Shown: positions 40,006 to 53,264, numbered from the stretch's first letter. The stretch is DNA of 64,000 nucleotides from Felis catus (GCF_018350175.1 NC_058369.1:14510001-14574000), one strand, 5' to 3'. Translations and numbers: made by a program. The notes: generated by a model not told the origin, from the sequence alone.

Positions 40006-40124
40006 TTTTTTTTTTTTTTAAAGATTTTATTTTTGAGCAATCTCAAAAGTCAGTGTGGGTCTAGAACTCACAATCCCAAGACCAAGAGTCGCATGCTCCA
40101 CCTACTAAACCAGCCAGGCGCTCC
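40006..40124 (-). mobile_element. Short Can-SINE
   Basis: aagattttattttt...aagagtcgcatgctc...cagccaggcgctcc. Confidence 0.85.
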
Positions 40125-40479
40125 TACAGTTGCTGCTTTTAAGGCCATAAACAGGGCCAAATTTTGTTGGCTTATAATTGAATAGATTTTATAGGGAAAT
40201 TATGGCGAATCTGTTGGGTGAGTTCTGTGAAATTTTTAGCGTGTCTCACTTTTCAGAACACAACTTTGGCAGCAAGTGACAGCCATATGGGCCATGATGT
40301 GTCAGGAGGACTCCACTCAGGAGCCTTTGCTCACACTAGCCCTTGCCATGGGAAACCTTGGCAATGCCTTGCTGAAAGCATTGGTGCAACCCCCTTTCCA
40401 TCTTGGTTATGTGAAAAATATCTCTTGGCCATTTGCTGTGTTGGAAATTTGAAAATATTTATTAATTGTGTCCTGGATT

Positions 40480-40930
40480 TGGTCATCATGTCTCCTTAGA
40501 CTCATCTGGGCTGAGAGTTCCTCAGACTTTCTTATTTTTGATGACCTCAACAGTTTTGAAGAGGACCGGTCAGGTGTGTTGTGGGAAATCCTTTAGTTGT
40601 GATATGTCTGGTGTTTTTTCATTGTTGGCCTGGGTTGATGGGTTTGGAGAGGACCACAGAGGTGCAGTACTCTTCTTACCATATTGTCTCTACAGCACAT
40701 GCCATCATCTTGACTTTTCACTGTGATGTTGACCTTGGCATCTGTCAGGTATCTCCACTGTAAAGTTACTCTCTTCTCTCTTTCTATGTTGGACTCCTTG
40801 GAAGGAAGTCACCAGGTGCAGCTCACACCTGAGGGGTGAAGAGTCACACTTAACACACACCTCCCGAAGAGCAGAGCAGCTGCACGAATTATTCGGGATT
40901 CTTCTGCCTCGGTGATTTGTGACTTTTCCC
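40480..40930 (-). mobile_element. L1MC-like 3' fragment
   Basis: tttttgatgacctcaacagttttgaagaggaccggtcagg...ctccactgtaaagttact. Confidence 0.6.
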
Positions 40931-40959
40931 CAAGTGATCTTTTACTCATGTTTGAGTTT

Positions 40960-41760
40960 GTAATACCATGAAACATTAGAAAATAGTAGTTTACAGAGTT
41001 ATAGAGACCTTTGAAATATACATTGCATTATTCAATATCACAAAATCAGATTAGCTAATATCTGACTTCTTGGGCTCATGGAAGCAAACACAAATTTTCC
41101 AAAATTCTACATTTTGTTTGTTGGAAGCTTGGACTTTTATCATTGGCAACAAATGCTGTCGGTTGTTTCCTAGAAGAAACAGGCTTTGCTTTAACCATTT
41201 TGGGGGAAATGTCTGCCAAACACTCAAAAGTCTAAATAACCACAATGTGTCTGTCAGTCTTTCCTTCATGCATTGTGAGTGCTCATACACATGCTTTTCT
41301 TCTGGATGGCTGTCATTTGGTACACAGCAGGAGTGCTTTATCTTGACACAGAGTATTAAAAAGGTACGTACTTGGGCACCTGGGTGGCTCGGTCGATTAA
41401 GTGTCCGACTTCGGCTCAGGTCATGATCTCACGGTTCATGAGTTTGAGCCCCACCTGGGGTGAGCTCAAGTCCCACTTCGGGTGAGCTCGAGCCCCACTC
41501 TGGGCTTCACACCCCGTGCTCGCTCGCTCCCTTCTCCCTCCCTCTGCCTCTCACTCACTCATGCTCTCTCAAAAAAAAAACAAAAAAAAAAAATTGAAAA
41601 GGTACATACTCCAGGGTTGAGATTAAATAAAGTCAATAGCTTGTACTTCATTCAGGGCTTTGCCTACAGTATGGTGTCACTGAATCCTGGCAATTTGGCT
41701 CTACTGTCCTAATTTGGTGAAAAAGGCAGTTGTCTCAGTGTTACAATGAAAACGACCTGG
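40960..41760. mobile_element. Charlie1-like hAT DNA transposon fragment, split by a SINE
   Basis: gaagcttggacttttatcattggcaacaaatgctgtc and aaatgtctgccaaa resemble Charlie1 as recalled. Confidence 0.6.
41374..41595 (+). mobile_element. Can-SINE with internal tandem repeats
   Basis: TSD aaaaggtac(g/a)tact. Confidence 0.9.
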
Positions 41761-44700
41761 CAGAGCCCAGTTCAATGCAGAGTTGCTTAGGTGGGCTGGG
41801 GATAGGTCATCTGGCATGGGCAGAGACCAGGACATCCACCAGAGCAGTGTGCTCACATCTCAGGCAGCAGTGGTTAATGGCCTGCTGGAGTCAGACAGTA
41901 GAAGGAAGAGAAGCCCTCAGTGTGGAACCTTGTTCCCAGGGACTTCTGACTGCAGGCAGGTGGCCTGATGAGTCAATTCAGAGCTAAATTATAGCTGCAA
42001 AGGTGATGGGAACTGTTCTGTCTGTCCACGTCACGTTCAGCAAGGATGGGGAAGAGAAGTGGGGCTGTCATTTGTGGACTAGGTGCACTTTTTGTGCCTT
42101 TTACATTTTACAACATTCCCTGGAGGTCAACAGAATCCCATTCTGCAGATGAAGGAACTGAGGGTCATTGAGGTTTGGTGATTGAGTGGAGCCCCCGTAG
42201 CTGCAGAGGTAAGCCCAGCCTCCCATGGTCCTGCTGCACTTACAGCAGCTGGAGCAGATCTGGTGGGGTGTGGGAAGCACCAGAGCTGTGCTGAGAGAAC
42301 AAGTTGAGATTTGCCAGGGAAAGGTGGGGGAGGATCCAGCTGTTTGAAACACAGATTTTTTTAAGGGGGCAATAAACTTTCAGGCAAAAGCAAGCACTTT
42401 CCATTTATCACAAAAATTTGTAGTTGCTCCAGGCTGGAAAGCAATGTTTATTTCTCATGGGTGGTTTTCATCTGCACACAGGTGAGTTTTCTCTTGCTGT
42501 GAGGTGGTGAAGGAGCTGGCATGCCAGGAGATGTGTTTGGGTTTATGTGATGTAGGGATTCCCTCCATGCTGCAGAGTGCTCCTAGGTTCTCTTTGTGTT
42601 CGTACCTGGAGGAAGGTTGGTCTGGCATGTGGGTCCAGTGACTGGAGGAAGGAGGGAACGCCAGTGTTGGTGCTGTGGCGTCTAGGGTCCCCTGTTTCTT
42701 TTTCCTCATTCTCCCAGGCCCTGGGCCCTTTGGGAGTCTGGATGCCTGAGTGCTGCATCCACCTCCCCCCCCCCCCCCCCCCCGGCTCATTTCCTAGGCA
42801 GGCAAGAGTTGTAGCCCAGTCAGTCTGAGGGCCACATCCATGTTGTCACACTGTTCTCTCTTTCTCACCTCAGAGACTCGGCCTGTGGATGCTGCTGGCT
42901 TGTCCAGGATCCTAAGTATAAATAAAAACATTTTCTTCTTTAAACTAGTCCAAAAATGATATTTGATAATCTGAGTTAGAGGTGTCAGAGTTGACATCAT
43001 GTGAAACCCATCCTCTCCCATGCTGTGACTGCTTCTTTTTCTGGGGTGTCATTGAGCCCTTTAGGCCATGGGCATGCAACTGTTCTGATCCGTGGTGGGG
43101 GCCTCGGTCCCTGTGCAATGCACAGCCTTCGGTGTCCCAGAATTGGGCAGGATTACCAAGGGTCCACAGAAACCTGGGCCTAGTGTGGGCCCAGGTTATC
43201 TGCCGCCATAGGTGTGTGACCTCAAGAAGTCACACCTTTCAGATTTGCCTGAATGGGGTGACAGTCAGTCAGTTGAGAGGAGTACACAGATTACAAGATT
43301 ACATCTTGGTGGTTGTCACGGAGATGGCCATCGTAGAGGGTCAGCAAATGTCCTGGGTGATTTTCCAAACCTAACATAGGTCAGCCTTTCAGTTCTATGA
43401 CTGTGGTCATTTGTAAGAAGTGCCCCTTCCCAAATTTCTGAGCAGAGCATACTGAATTGGATTTAGACTTCTAGTGGTGTCAGATCCTGGCTAGACATGT
43501 GGCTGCTGGCAGAGTTAGGCTGCAGTGACCTCCTTGGGTGGATGCCAACCCTCCAGGTTGCCCCATTGCCATTTGGTGTTGGGGTCTTTATGTGGAGCCA
43601 CTATTAGCTTCTCTCCCCAAGGAGTGCTTTCTTTAACCCATCCTTGCCCTGTGTCTATAGCCCTTAGTGACTCTCCACGCCCCTAAAACTGGCCCCTGTT
43701 GCTAACTCCAGTTATAGTGAAGTCATCTGGGCCTCTCTGGCCAGGCTGTGACTTCGGGGGCTCGTATGTTCCTAGAAGGAGCCCCAGCAGGTCAGGCTGA
43801 ATGCTTCCTGGCCTTGCTAACATAACAGCACAACACTCCTCTTCTCTGGCCATGCACCTTGGGACTGCTCTCCTCTGTGCTGGGGGTCCTGGAGGGGGGT
43901 TGGGCTTGCAGGGCCAGAGCCCGATTCCAGGAGCTCCTTCTCTTTCTCCTGAGATGCTCAGCTGTAGCTGTTGCAGGGTGCACCATAATGGATTCCCAGA
44001 GTGATAACTGGACCTGAAATCTCCAGGAAGAATGATGGCTGGATTTCAAAACTCTCATCCCCAGCTGCTCACCTCCATGGCCTCTGTGGCCAAGAAACAA
44101 AATATGTTCTGACTTCCCAGCCCCTATAAAGCAGACTCTGGGCTTTTCTCTTGACATCCCAGCCAACAGAGTGTCAAGTTACAGGGCTGGAAGAAATGGT
44201 AATGGATGCCAAAAAGGGAGTCCAGGGAGTTGAAGAGGGGCCAGGGCAGGCAGGAAGCAGGTGGGCTCCAGGGCCCTGAGGGTCTGGGGAGGGGACCAGG
44301 CACCCGTCAGCGCCTACCATCCCTTGGGCAGGCAAGTCCTTAGCTTTGGGGCACAGCCCGTATCTGTGTGCAACAGAGTTCCCTCTTTAATCGCATCAAG
44401 TGTCCCTTAGTGAACTGTGCCCCTTGGGAAAGCAGGGTGGGGTGTTGTGGGGTCCTAATGAGCAGTCCCATGTCCAGATGGCCATGAAAGATCCCAGAGA
44501 CATGTGCAGGATCTGCCAGTGAAATGTTTTGAGGTGGTAGGACTAACCTGGGAACTTGTGGTAACCATCTTTCTCTCGTAGGATTTTTCTAGAAGTGTTT
44601 CTGGAAAGGGGATACTCATTAGATTAAGCATGTGGAATTGCTTTCTGGCTTTGATTCACACCACTCAATGCAGTGCTTAAGCTATGGTGGCTCCCAGACC

Positions 44701-47700
44701 CACAGATGGCCCTCTCCTCTCCTATGGGACACTCTGTTGATTTCCTTTTTTGAGCCACTCTGGTGTCTTAGGTCTTTCTGGAGCTGTGCTTCCATATCAT
44801 CTCAAGTCTGCATCTGCCATGGTCTTCCATGTTCAGAGAACTGCCCCCCGCCCCCAACTTTTGGGAGTGCTTTAAAATTCAGCAGGGGTGACTGCTTAGG
44901 TAAACCTTTTCTTTTCCACCTTCTTTCTCCCTGCTTTGTCCCAGGGTAATTTCTAGAATGGGTCTCCTTGTTGGGGACAGTCTGAGAAAGAATATGGAGT
45001 TATAATGGTGTGGGCTGGTTCCCTGGGGAGGGCAGAGCTGGGCTATCAGCCCCGTTAGCTTAATTGTTTAAGGTATAGATGCATTAGTGTAGCATTGTCT
45101 TGTCATGTCTGCTTGTTGTTTGGTCCTAGCTAGGTACTGCTTCTTGGGCTCTCCTCCTTGCAGTCCTGTGTCAACCAGACTGGATGTCCCCAGTGGCATT
45201 GTCACTCATTAGGATAGCTGGGCCCATCTCTGTGTGTCTGTTGACCCTCCATCCATACAGCTAGGTTGGCATCCTCAGTACGGTCAGATCCTACTGGAGC
45301 ATGCATTCTGAGGGGCTAAGCGGAAACTGCAAGGCTTCTGTGTCCTTGCCACAAAAGCTTGTAGCATTGTTTCCTCTGCATTCCTGTAGGTCAGAGAGTG
45401 AGCCACAAAACCAGCCCAGATCCTAGAGATAGGACTGGAAGGGTGTGTGAGCGTGGAGAGGTGTGGTCTTCTGTACATGGTTTTGTTGACTGTGAGTAGT
45501 AAGGCTTCTTCTTAACAGTCACCAAAGTCCTGACTCACAAGTTAGGAGTTGGACTTCCAAGACCTATTGCTTGAAAAGACATGACGACACAGAATTCAGA
45601 AATCCTTTTAAGTGAATTTGCACATCCTTTAGCAACGTGGCATCTGTGCATGTGGAAAGAGCCGCCCACATCAGTCCGTCTACAGGCATCACTGGATTCC
45701 TCATGAGCTCACAGACTTCATCCTGGAACCAGGTGCTAAGGAAGAGTAAGGTGGGCATGCCCACCAGCCGCGTTGCCTGAGCACCTACTGTGCCAGGCCC
45801 TGCACCAGCTGCTGTGACAGAGCAGTTCACAGAACAGACACATTGCTGCCCTTTCTGGGTTTGAGAATATTTGAGTGTTAACCCTCAATGGCTAGTTGTC
45901 TGCTGTGTGCCAAGCTTGTATTCATGGCAAGCAGCTCCTTACTGTTTAGGAAAGATTGGAGCCTGAACCTTCCTGATGGGTTCATAGGGTGTCCGAGCCT
46001 CGGCAACGAGATCTCACCTCACCAGCAATCCTGAGGGTCAGCAGAGCAGGAATTCCTGTCCTGTCCTTTTAGGAGGCACAGGGAGGGAAATGTCCTGCCC
46101 CGGGTCTTCACTTACAAGAGGTAGAACCAAGTGAAACTCGGGTGGCTTTGTGGGGGAAGTCCCCAGTGTGCAGGCTTGGTTCATAGTGCCTATTTATGGT
46201 GAGCTTTCATGAGTGCAGCCACAGGCTTTGGAGGAGGCCCTGTTGCCTGTCCCCACCTCCCAGCCAGTGTGGCACTAGAGAGAGAGGTTCCTGCCCCTCT
46301 GGCTCTGTGGAGGTAGGGGGCATCACCCCCTTTCCTGGGGCCATGGTGTCACATCAGGGCTGGACCCCTCCCTCACTCTTGCCCTTTGCGTGTTGGGTCA
46401 CCCTGGGAATATCTTGGTCCTCATCGGGAGTTGAAGTGCCTCGGCCTCGTGGAGACAGGCTCCAAGTGGGGCTGGGGGGCCATGGCTACTGTGCCTATGA
46501 TGGTTTCCAGTCCCAGCTAACAGTGGGGGAACCTGCTTGTCAGACAGTAACATTGTCACTCTGGGAGGCTGTAGGATGGTGAGTTGACCTAGTAGAAAGG
46601 TGAAGTCACTTTCCTTGGACTAATTTGCTGGAGTGAGGGTGAGTAAGCTGGCTACCAGCAAGGAAGCCTCTGCTCAGGCCTGTGCTGCCTTTCAGTGGAA
46701 CCCCAGAATTCTGTCCTGGGCTCCGCCCCCAGGAGGAATAGTACCAAGCATAGCTAAGGCTTCCCCAGGCATGCATGAGTGGACTAGGGGAGTGCTGATC
46801 ATGCTCCCAGGGCTGGCATGTTGGAGGATTGGGCCAGCCAGGGACCTTTCGGAGGGTACATGGTTTGAAATGTGTGTTGAAGTGTGCATTGAGGCTCACA
46901 AGGGGGCCTCAGGAGTTTGGTGGAGGGACATTCCATGAAGGGACTGATCGTGAAGGCGGGAATAACCCACAGCACCATGTATCTGTGAGTAGGAGCTGGG
47001 GTTTATAGGGGCTGGGAGCTGGAAAAGGCAGTGGATAGGTTTGGCCTGGGAGGTGTGAATGGGCTCCAGTGGAGGAACACAACTGAAGGAGGGTCAGGTG
47101 GAGCCAAAGTGAATATTTGCAAGAGTGAGTGAGGCTGGTGCTAGGTCTAGCAAAGCCCCCTACCCAGCTCTTAAACACAGCTAATAGTTACCTGCCTTTC
47201 CCCACCTAGCCAGGCCCAAAAGATGAGGAGAGCAGGGGAGAGTTCTGGTAGGGAATGGTTGTAGCTGACTATACCTGTCTCTTCAAGTGGGCACTGAGGA
47301 GGAGTTTGTTGTCCTGAGACCTTGTTTTGTTTACAGTCCTCCCCAGCTTCTCTAGTGTGTGCAAGAATCTTGGGGATCTTGTGAAATGTAGGCTGTGATG
47401 GAGCAGGTCTTTGGGGTAACAAGATACTGTATTTCTTCGAGCTCCAGTGAAGCTGTCCCTGCTGTTCAGTGAGCCTAGGCAAGTGGTGGTCCATTTCTTG
47501 GGCCCTGCTTGCCCTTCCTCCTCCTGGGGGTTCTGTTCCTCCTGGTGGATCCTGAGGATAAAACTACCTTTTATCCGGGGATTTATCCTCATTGCTTGGC
47601 ATAGCATCTGCTTTCTTAGGTGGGTTTTCAGTAAATACGAGTGGATGAATGAATGAAGTGTCCCCTTTCCCACAGTCAGACCCTACATCAGGCATGCCTG

Positions 47701-48600
47701 TTCAGAGAATAACAAAGGTCAGAGCTGCCAAGCACAGTTTCTGTGTTCTCTTGATGAGACTGCTTCCCCTGGCACAGGCTAAGGGGGACACTAAATATTA
47801 ACCTTGTGCTGACTACTGGGATGGTACCCTGGTGCTGAAGACATGGGATCTGTCTTGAGATAAGATTATAGTCCTTGCCTTCTCTCTAGGAAACTTGATG
47901 GAAGATTCAAGTAAGTAGCAGAACTTTTGTGTTTCTTTAGCCAGGGCTGACATATAGAGGAGAAGGTGGTGAGACTGTTTTTGCTGATAATAGCCTGGTC
48001 TGCTTCCAGGGATTTTCATAGGTCACATAAAATCTCTTTTGATCATGACTCCCAAGATGGGCAGAATGGGCTTATTAGATTTGCCCAGAAATCATATGGC
48101 TCCCAAATAAATTTCATGCTCAGGCGGCTACCATGGACTAAAAGCAGTAGAACAGCGTACCTGGCCACAATGCCATTTCCCTGGCATTGTTGGGCTAGAT
48201 TTCCTCTGCTTTTGTTCTTCTGCCTAAATGTTTTTGTAATTTAAAACAATTTTTTTTTTTTTAAAGAATGCCCATAGTAATTTTCAGCCTGTGTCAAAGG
48301 GGTGTTCTTTTTCCTGAATTAAAAGCACACTCTGATAAAGTACTGAGACTTTTGAAACACCTTTACTTTAAAAATTGAGTTCAGCAAAGTTTTCCATGTT
48401 GGAAACTAGAGGGGCTGGTGGCCTCTCTGTGTTTGGAAGAGGTAACCCTGATCCCTGTAATACACCAACAGCTCCCTGTGGGCTGGTGCCACATATGAAG
48501 TTCCTGCAGCTGGGCAGCCCCGGGGTGAGCTGGGTTGCCTCCATTTTCTGACAGCACCTGAACCCTACCTCACTTCTCAAAATGAAGGCTGCGTGTCACG

Positions 48601-48822
48601 AACCGGTTAGAACTGGCTGTTGCCATGGTTTTCATGTTGGAAGGCACAGTTAAAAGGGTCACATGACCAAGGAGGGAAATGCCTTTGTCACATGACTTTT
48701 TGGCGGATGATTAGCATACAGGAAGTTCACTCCCTGCTGGCTGCTGGGATGCTGAGTGATCATTGATGGGGGGTGGGGTGACGTCATCTCTTGGATGAGT
48801 TATTGATTAGTCTCAGGCCAAT
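48601..48822. promoter_or_regulatory. Candidate intronic enhancer or alternative promoter (motif cluster)
   Basis: AACCGGTT, GTTGCCATGG, two GTCACATGAC, CAGGAAGT, GGGTGGGG, TGACGTCA and CCAAT within 222 bp. Confidence 0.5.
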
Positions 48823-50418
48823 ATGAGACGTGGGAGTGCTGTGGTCAGAGTGGCCATCTCAGGGAGCTTCAGCCTCCAGATGGTCTTGGTCCCTCACCCT
48901 GCCCTCTTCCCTTAGGCAAATTTGAGTTTTATTGGACCTCTCACCTTTAGAAAACTGCATGCCCCCAATAAGATGATAAAAAGTGATTGCCATGATCTCT
49001 GTGCACTCTTGCTCTGGAAGAAGTGCCTGCAGTCTGCAACTCTAAACATGGTTCTGTCTGGGTTGCTGCTCTGTCTGCACAAAGGCACCTGGGAGCCCAC
49101 CTGAGCTGGGACCAGTGGCCACAGCTCCTATGCTAGGGCCTTGCACTGCCCCTCAATATCTGTGGATGCATCCAGAGAAAATGGAACTGGAGTCCCGAGG
49201 TCACCTTGAGAGTTGATCTTGGGCAGATTGGGGAGTCCGCAGACACACAGATGAGTGGTGGTTCCCAAATTGCATTGGTCTTTGGTTTGGAGAGGTCCAA
49301 TGTGATGTTCTGAGTTACTTTATAAACAGCCAACCAGTTTCTGGACTTGAGAATGTGGGTTGATAACCCCAATGAGGAGACTGTATACCTTGAAATAGCA
49401 CCTTTTAGTCCACTCCCCTGATCTCTTGTGAGAGTTCAGTCAACAGCTACACTGGTTAAATCCGATCAAGGTTAGGAGTATTGAGGTGTAACCACCATGT
49501 GACCCTTTAGGAGGAACAGGGGGAGAACTCTAGGGGATGGGGATAAGGGTCCAGAGGTAGACATGAACCCTCGGGATTTGGTCCTCTGAGCCCGTCCATC
49601 CCTAAAGACAGCTCATTCCAGGAATGAAAAAGGCAGCTCATTGGGCTATTAAAGTACTAATTCTCCTTCTATAACTCTGTCTCTCCTTGGGGGTCTGGTA
49701 GGAGGAGTGGGACAACTTAGAGCTCTTCTTCCCAATTAACTTCATCAGTTTGTTCTCTGGGTCACAGTGCCACCTAGTGGGTGTGTTTGGTCCTCCACTG
49801 GTTTTCCCACTGACGAAAGGAAGGATCAGATCCTTTTCATCACAAGTGGAGGCCAGGTTTTAAGGGAAAGTTCACATTTGGCCAAAACGGAGATGCTTGG
49901 TGGGAGGCAAGCACTGTCTCTGGGACCTTGTGTGTGGACTCTGCGACACAGTAGAGGCTTAGACACTGTCACACCAACACACAGGAGCCCCAACAATAGG
50001 CCAAGACCCTGCCTCAGCCCCAGGATCAAGGGCTGAGTGTTTTTATCCAACACTGAACCACATGGTAGAGAAGGAAGCTTTGGTGTTTTCCAAAATGGCC
50101 GTATCACCCTTGAACACACCAGCTTGTCCTTGGCTCTGGGTACACAGAGGTGGGCAACCAAGAATGGTCCTAGCTAGAGGCCTAGCTGTGGGCTTGGGTG
50201 CCTTATGATGAGTGCAGTGAGAGAAGTCAATTTGGGTGTACGGTAGGGAGGACACCCAAGGAGAAGAGACTTGGGAAGGTGAGCAGGACAGCCATGCTCT
50301 CCACCTCTATGCTGTGACTAAATTTGTGCATCTGTGGTGTATAGGTTCTGGGCTCTGGGGAACGGTGTCTGGCAGTGTCCAGGCAAGCTGGTAACAACCT
50401 GCTATCCCTGCTTCACAG

Positions 50419-50551
50419 TGACATGAAGTCTGAGAGGAGAGCCCCCTCTCCTGATGTGATCGTGCTCTCCGACAATGAGCAGCCCGCAAGCCCAAGGGTG
50501 AACGGGCTGACGAAAGAGGCCTTGAAGGAGACCAGTACTGAGGCCCTCATG
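50419..50551 (+). CDS. GATAD2A: GATAD2A coding exon 2 (S)[18 protein letters not shown]...EALM
   Basis: cttcacag acceptor, ATG|GTGAGC donor, 133 nt restores the frame. DVIVLSD is a SIM-like motif. Confidence 0.97.
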
Positions 50552-50677
50552 GTGAGCTTGTCCCTGTATTGGGGGATGACCCTGCCTGACAACACCCTGA
50601 AACGGACCTGGTGACATGGGGCTTGTGCTCCCTGGCTGTGGCCCTCCCCCTCAACCCTTGTTCTCTTGCCCTTACAG

Positions 50678-50809
50678 AAAAGCAGTCCTGAAGAACGAGA
50701 AAGGATGATTAAGCAACTGAAAGAAGAGTTAAGATTAGAAGAAGCAAAACTTGTTTTATTAAAAAAGTTGCGGCAGAGTCAAATACAAAAGGAAACCACC
50801 ACCCAGAAG
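50678..50809 (+). CDS. GATAD2A: GATAD2A coding exon 3, CR1 coiled coil [35 protein letters not shown]
   Basis: cttacag acceptor, AAG|GTGTGT donor, 132 nt. This is the p66 CR1 region that binds MBD2/MBD3. Confidence 0.98.
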
Positions 50810-51359
50810 GTGTGTGTGCGTCTGTTCTCTCCTCAAGGCCAACAAGAGCCATTTAGAACAGGGGACAGAAGTTCACAATCATTACCTTGGCCCACCTCAG
50901 TACCAGGAGCTGGAGCGGCTGGTCATGGGTGAACAGGTTTCCTCAGGGGTGTGAGGGTCAAGATCTGAAGTGGAAATTTGCAGTCTCAAGTTTGAATTTT
51001 GGATTTAGCGAAAACGATGTCAGAGTAAAAGGATATTACAGTGCATTTTGGTCTAGAATATTCTCAATCTGAGTATGTAAAACTTACTCCTTATAGATTA
51101 TAAGCCTTAAGAAAACAGATGTCTTTGAAGCTGTTAGAAGAACATTTCTGGATTGAGAACTGTCACAAGCCCATTTACAGAGAGGCCTTCTGCCCTGTGG
51201 ATGGCCATGCTGGGCATCAGTGGCTACCATGGTTTTGTGGACAGATTCCCTAATGCTACAGGGGCATGCCAAGTGCTGCCCAGGCCCCAGAGTTTCGGTC
51301 CTAGGGCTTCTGCTCTTGCTATCTCCCCTGGGGTCTGAGGCTCCTTATACTGCCTCTTA

Positions 51360-51363
<4 letters not shown>

Positions 51364-51401
<38 letters not shown>

Positions 51402-51816
51402 ATTTATTTTTGGGACAGAGAGAGACAGAGCATGAACGGGGGAGGGGCAGAGAGAGAGGGAGACACAGAATCGGAAACAGGCTCCAGGCTCCGAGCCATC
51501 AGCCCAGAGCCCGACGCGGGGCTCGAACTCACGGACCGCGAGATCGTGACCTGGCTGAAGTCGGACGCTTAACCGACTGCGCCACCCAGGCGCCCCTAAA
51601 AATTTTTTTTTTAATGTTCATTAATTTTTGAAGCAGAGAGAGATACAGCGTGAGTCAGGGAGGGGCAGAGAGAGACGGAGACACAGAAGTGGAAGCAGGC
51701 TCCAGTTTCTGAGCTGTCAGCACAGAGCCCGACATGGGGCTTGAACTCACAAACTTGGGAGATCATGACCCGAGCTGAAGTCGGACGCTTAACTGACTGA
51801 GCCACCCAGGTTCCCC
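51364..51816 (-). mobile_element. Very young Can-SINE (51364-51596) nested in the tail of an older one (51603-51816)
   Basis: 31-nt pure T tract. Inner TSD taaaaatttttttt, outer TSD tccttatactgc(c/t)tcttaa. Confidence 0.95.
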
Positions 51817-52561
51817 ATCCTTATACTGCTTCTTAATGCAGCTTACTGTGTGAGGCCAAGGTCAAGTTTGTATTCTTGGGTTTTTTTAAGCTACCCTTCT
51901 ATTTACTTCAACCACTTTATCAGTAAGTAAGCTAGAAAGTAAATGTGTCTTGGGCATTATGAGCTGACAGTATGTGGAACACATGTCTTCTTAAGGGAAC
52001 AGGACAGGAGGATACTCATTGGTCTGCTTAAGGCTTTGCTTGAGCTCCCACTTGCACATAGTCAATTAGTGGACATGGCCTGACATCTGTTAATCTCCCA
52101 GTGGACAGAGCCCTGCTTATTACTTGTTTTCTTGTCAGCTGTTTAAGACTCGATGAAGTGAACGAAGTCTGTCACTGTCCCTTCTCTAGTGGAATATGTT
52201 ACTTTAAGAAGTGCCTGGACTCAGTGTTTTCTCACCGAGGTTGGGATTAGTCTATCCAGGCCTGGGGCCCTTTGGCTCAGTCACCACTGCCAGCCCTTAT
52301 ATCCCCAGGAAGGCAGAACCTGCTCTTGAACCACAAAAGATGCCAAGCGTCCCCAGGGGTGAGGGGGGCTGGAACATTTCTCCCCTGCCCATTTCAGACA
52401 TGTCAGTTCCTGCTACAGACGTAAACAGACTGGAAGCAGAACCTTTGAGAGACTGATGCTTTTGGAAGAGGAAGAAAACCAATTTTCCTCTGTCTGGATT
52501 ATGTGTGAGGGGAGCAGGACTGACGACTCCCTCATCTCTCACATGTCCTGCTCTCTTGCAG

Positions 52562-52651
52562 CCCACAGGCTCTGCTGGGAGTGCCGTGACCACCCCTCCC
52601 CCGCTTGTGCGGGGCACCCAGAACATTCCTTCTGGCAAGCCATCCCTTCAG
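52562..52651 (+). CDS. GATAD2A: GATAD2A coding exon 4 [30 protein letters not shown]
   Basis: ctctcttgcag acceptor, CAG|GTCAGT donor, 90 nt, phase 0. Confidence 0.95.
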
Positions 52652-53264
52652 GTCAGTGTTCCCTCTGTGATCCTGGGCAGTCCTGATCCAGTTCCTGTGA
52701 AAGGCTGCCCATTCCTTCTGATTAGATTTGAGTGAGGCCCAAACTTAGGCCACTGTTGACATCATGAATAAATAGTCACTGCTAGGAGGACTCCTAGCAA
52801 AACTGGAGAAGAACCAAGATTTAGGCAGAGCAGGCTCCTTTCATTTTGACACTCCCAAGGGTGGTTGTGGGATGCAGCAGGACCTCCTCTGTCCATAGGA
52901 TGAGATGGGTAGAGCTCCTACTCTCAGACATGAGATCCAGGTCTAGACAGGGGCCCACCTTCCCTCAAACAGGCCTGAGCCCCCAGCTCAGACCAGCACA
53001 CAAGTGACACCCAGCCTGGGTTGGCTGGACACCTGCTGTGTGTGAAAATATGCTACCTTGTTGGTGCAATTCACTTTTGAGTGAGCCCAGTCTGCACAGC
53101 TCTTGTCAGAGTCCATGTTCCTTGTTTTCTTGTGCCTAGAATAGACATTTTAGTGCTTCCCCCCTGCCTTTTAAAACAAGTGTGTACTTTTACAAAACAG
53201 CAAACCTGTTTGTTTAAAAAAAAAAAAAAGCCATGTAAAACCTGGGGTTCGGTGCCGTTGACAG

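Noticed and set aside
1143..45885. Repeated GGGTTAA motif (about 10 copies seen)
   Set aside because: Roughly 8 copies of any 7-mer are expected on both strands of 64 kb, so there is no clear enrichment.
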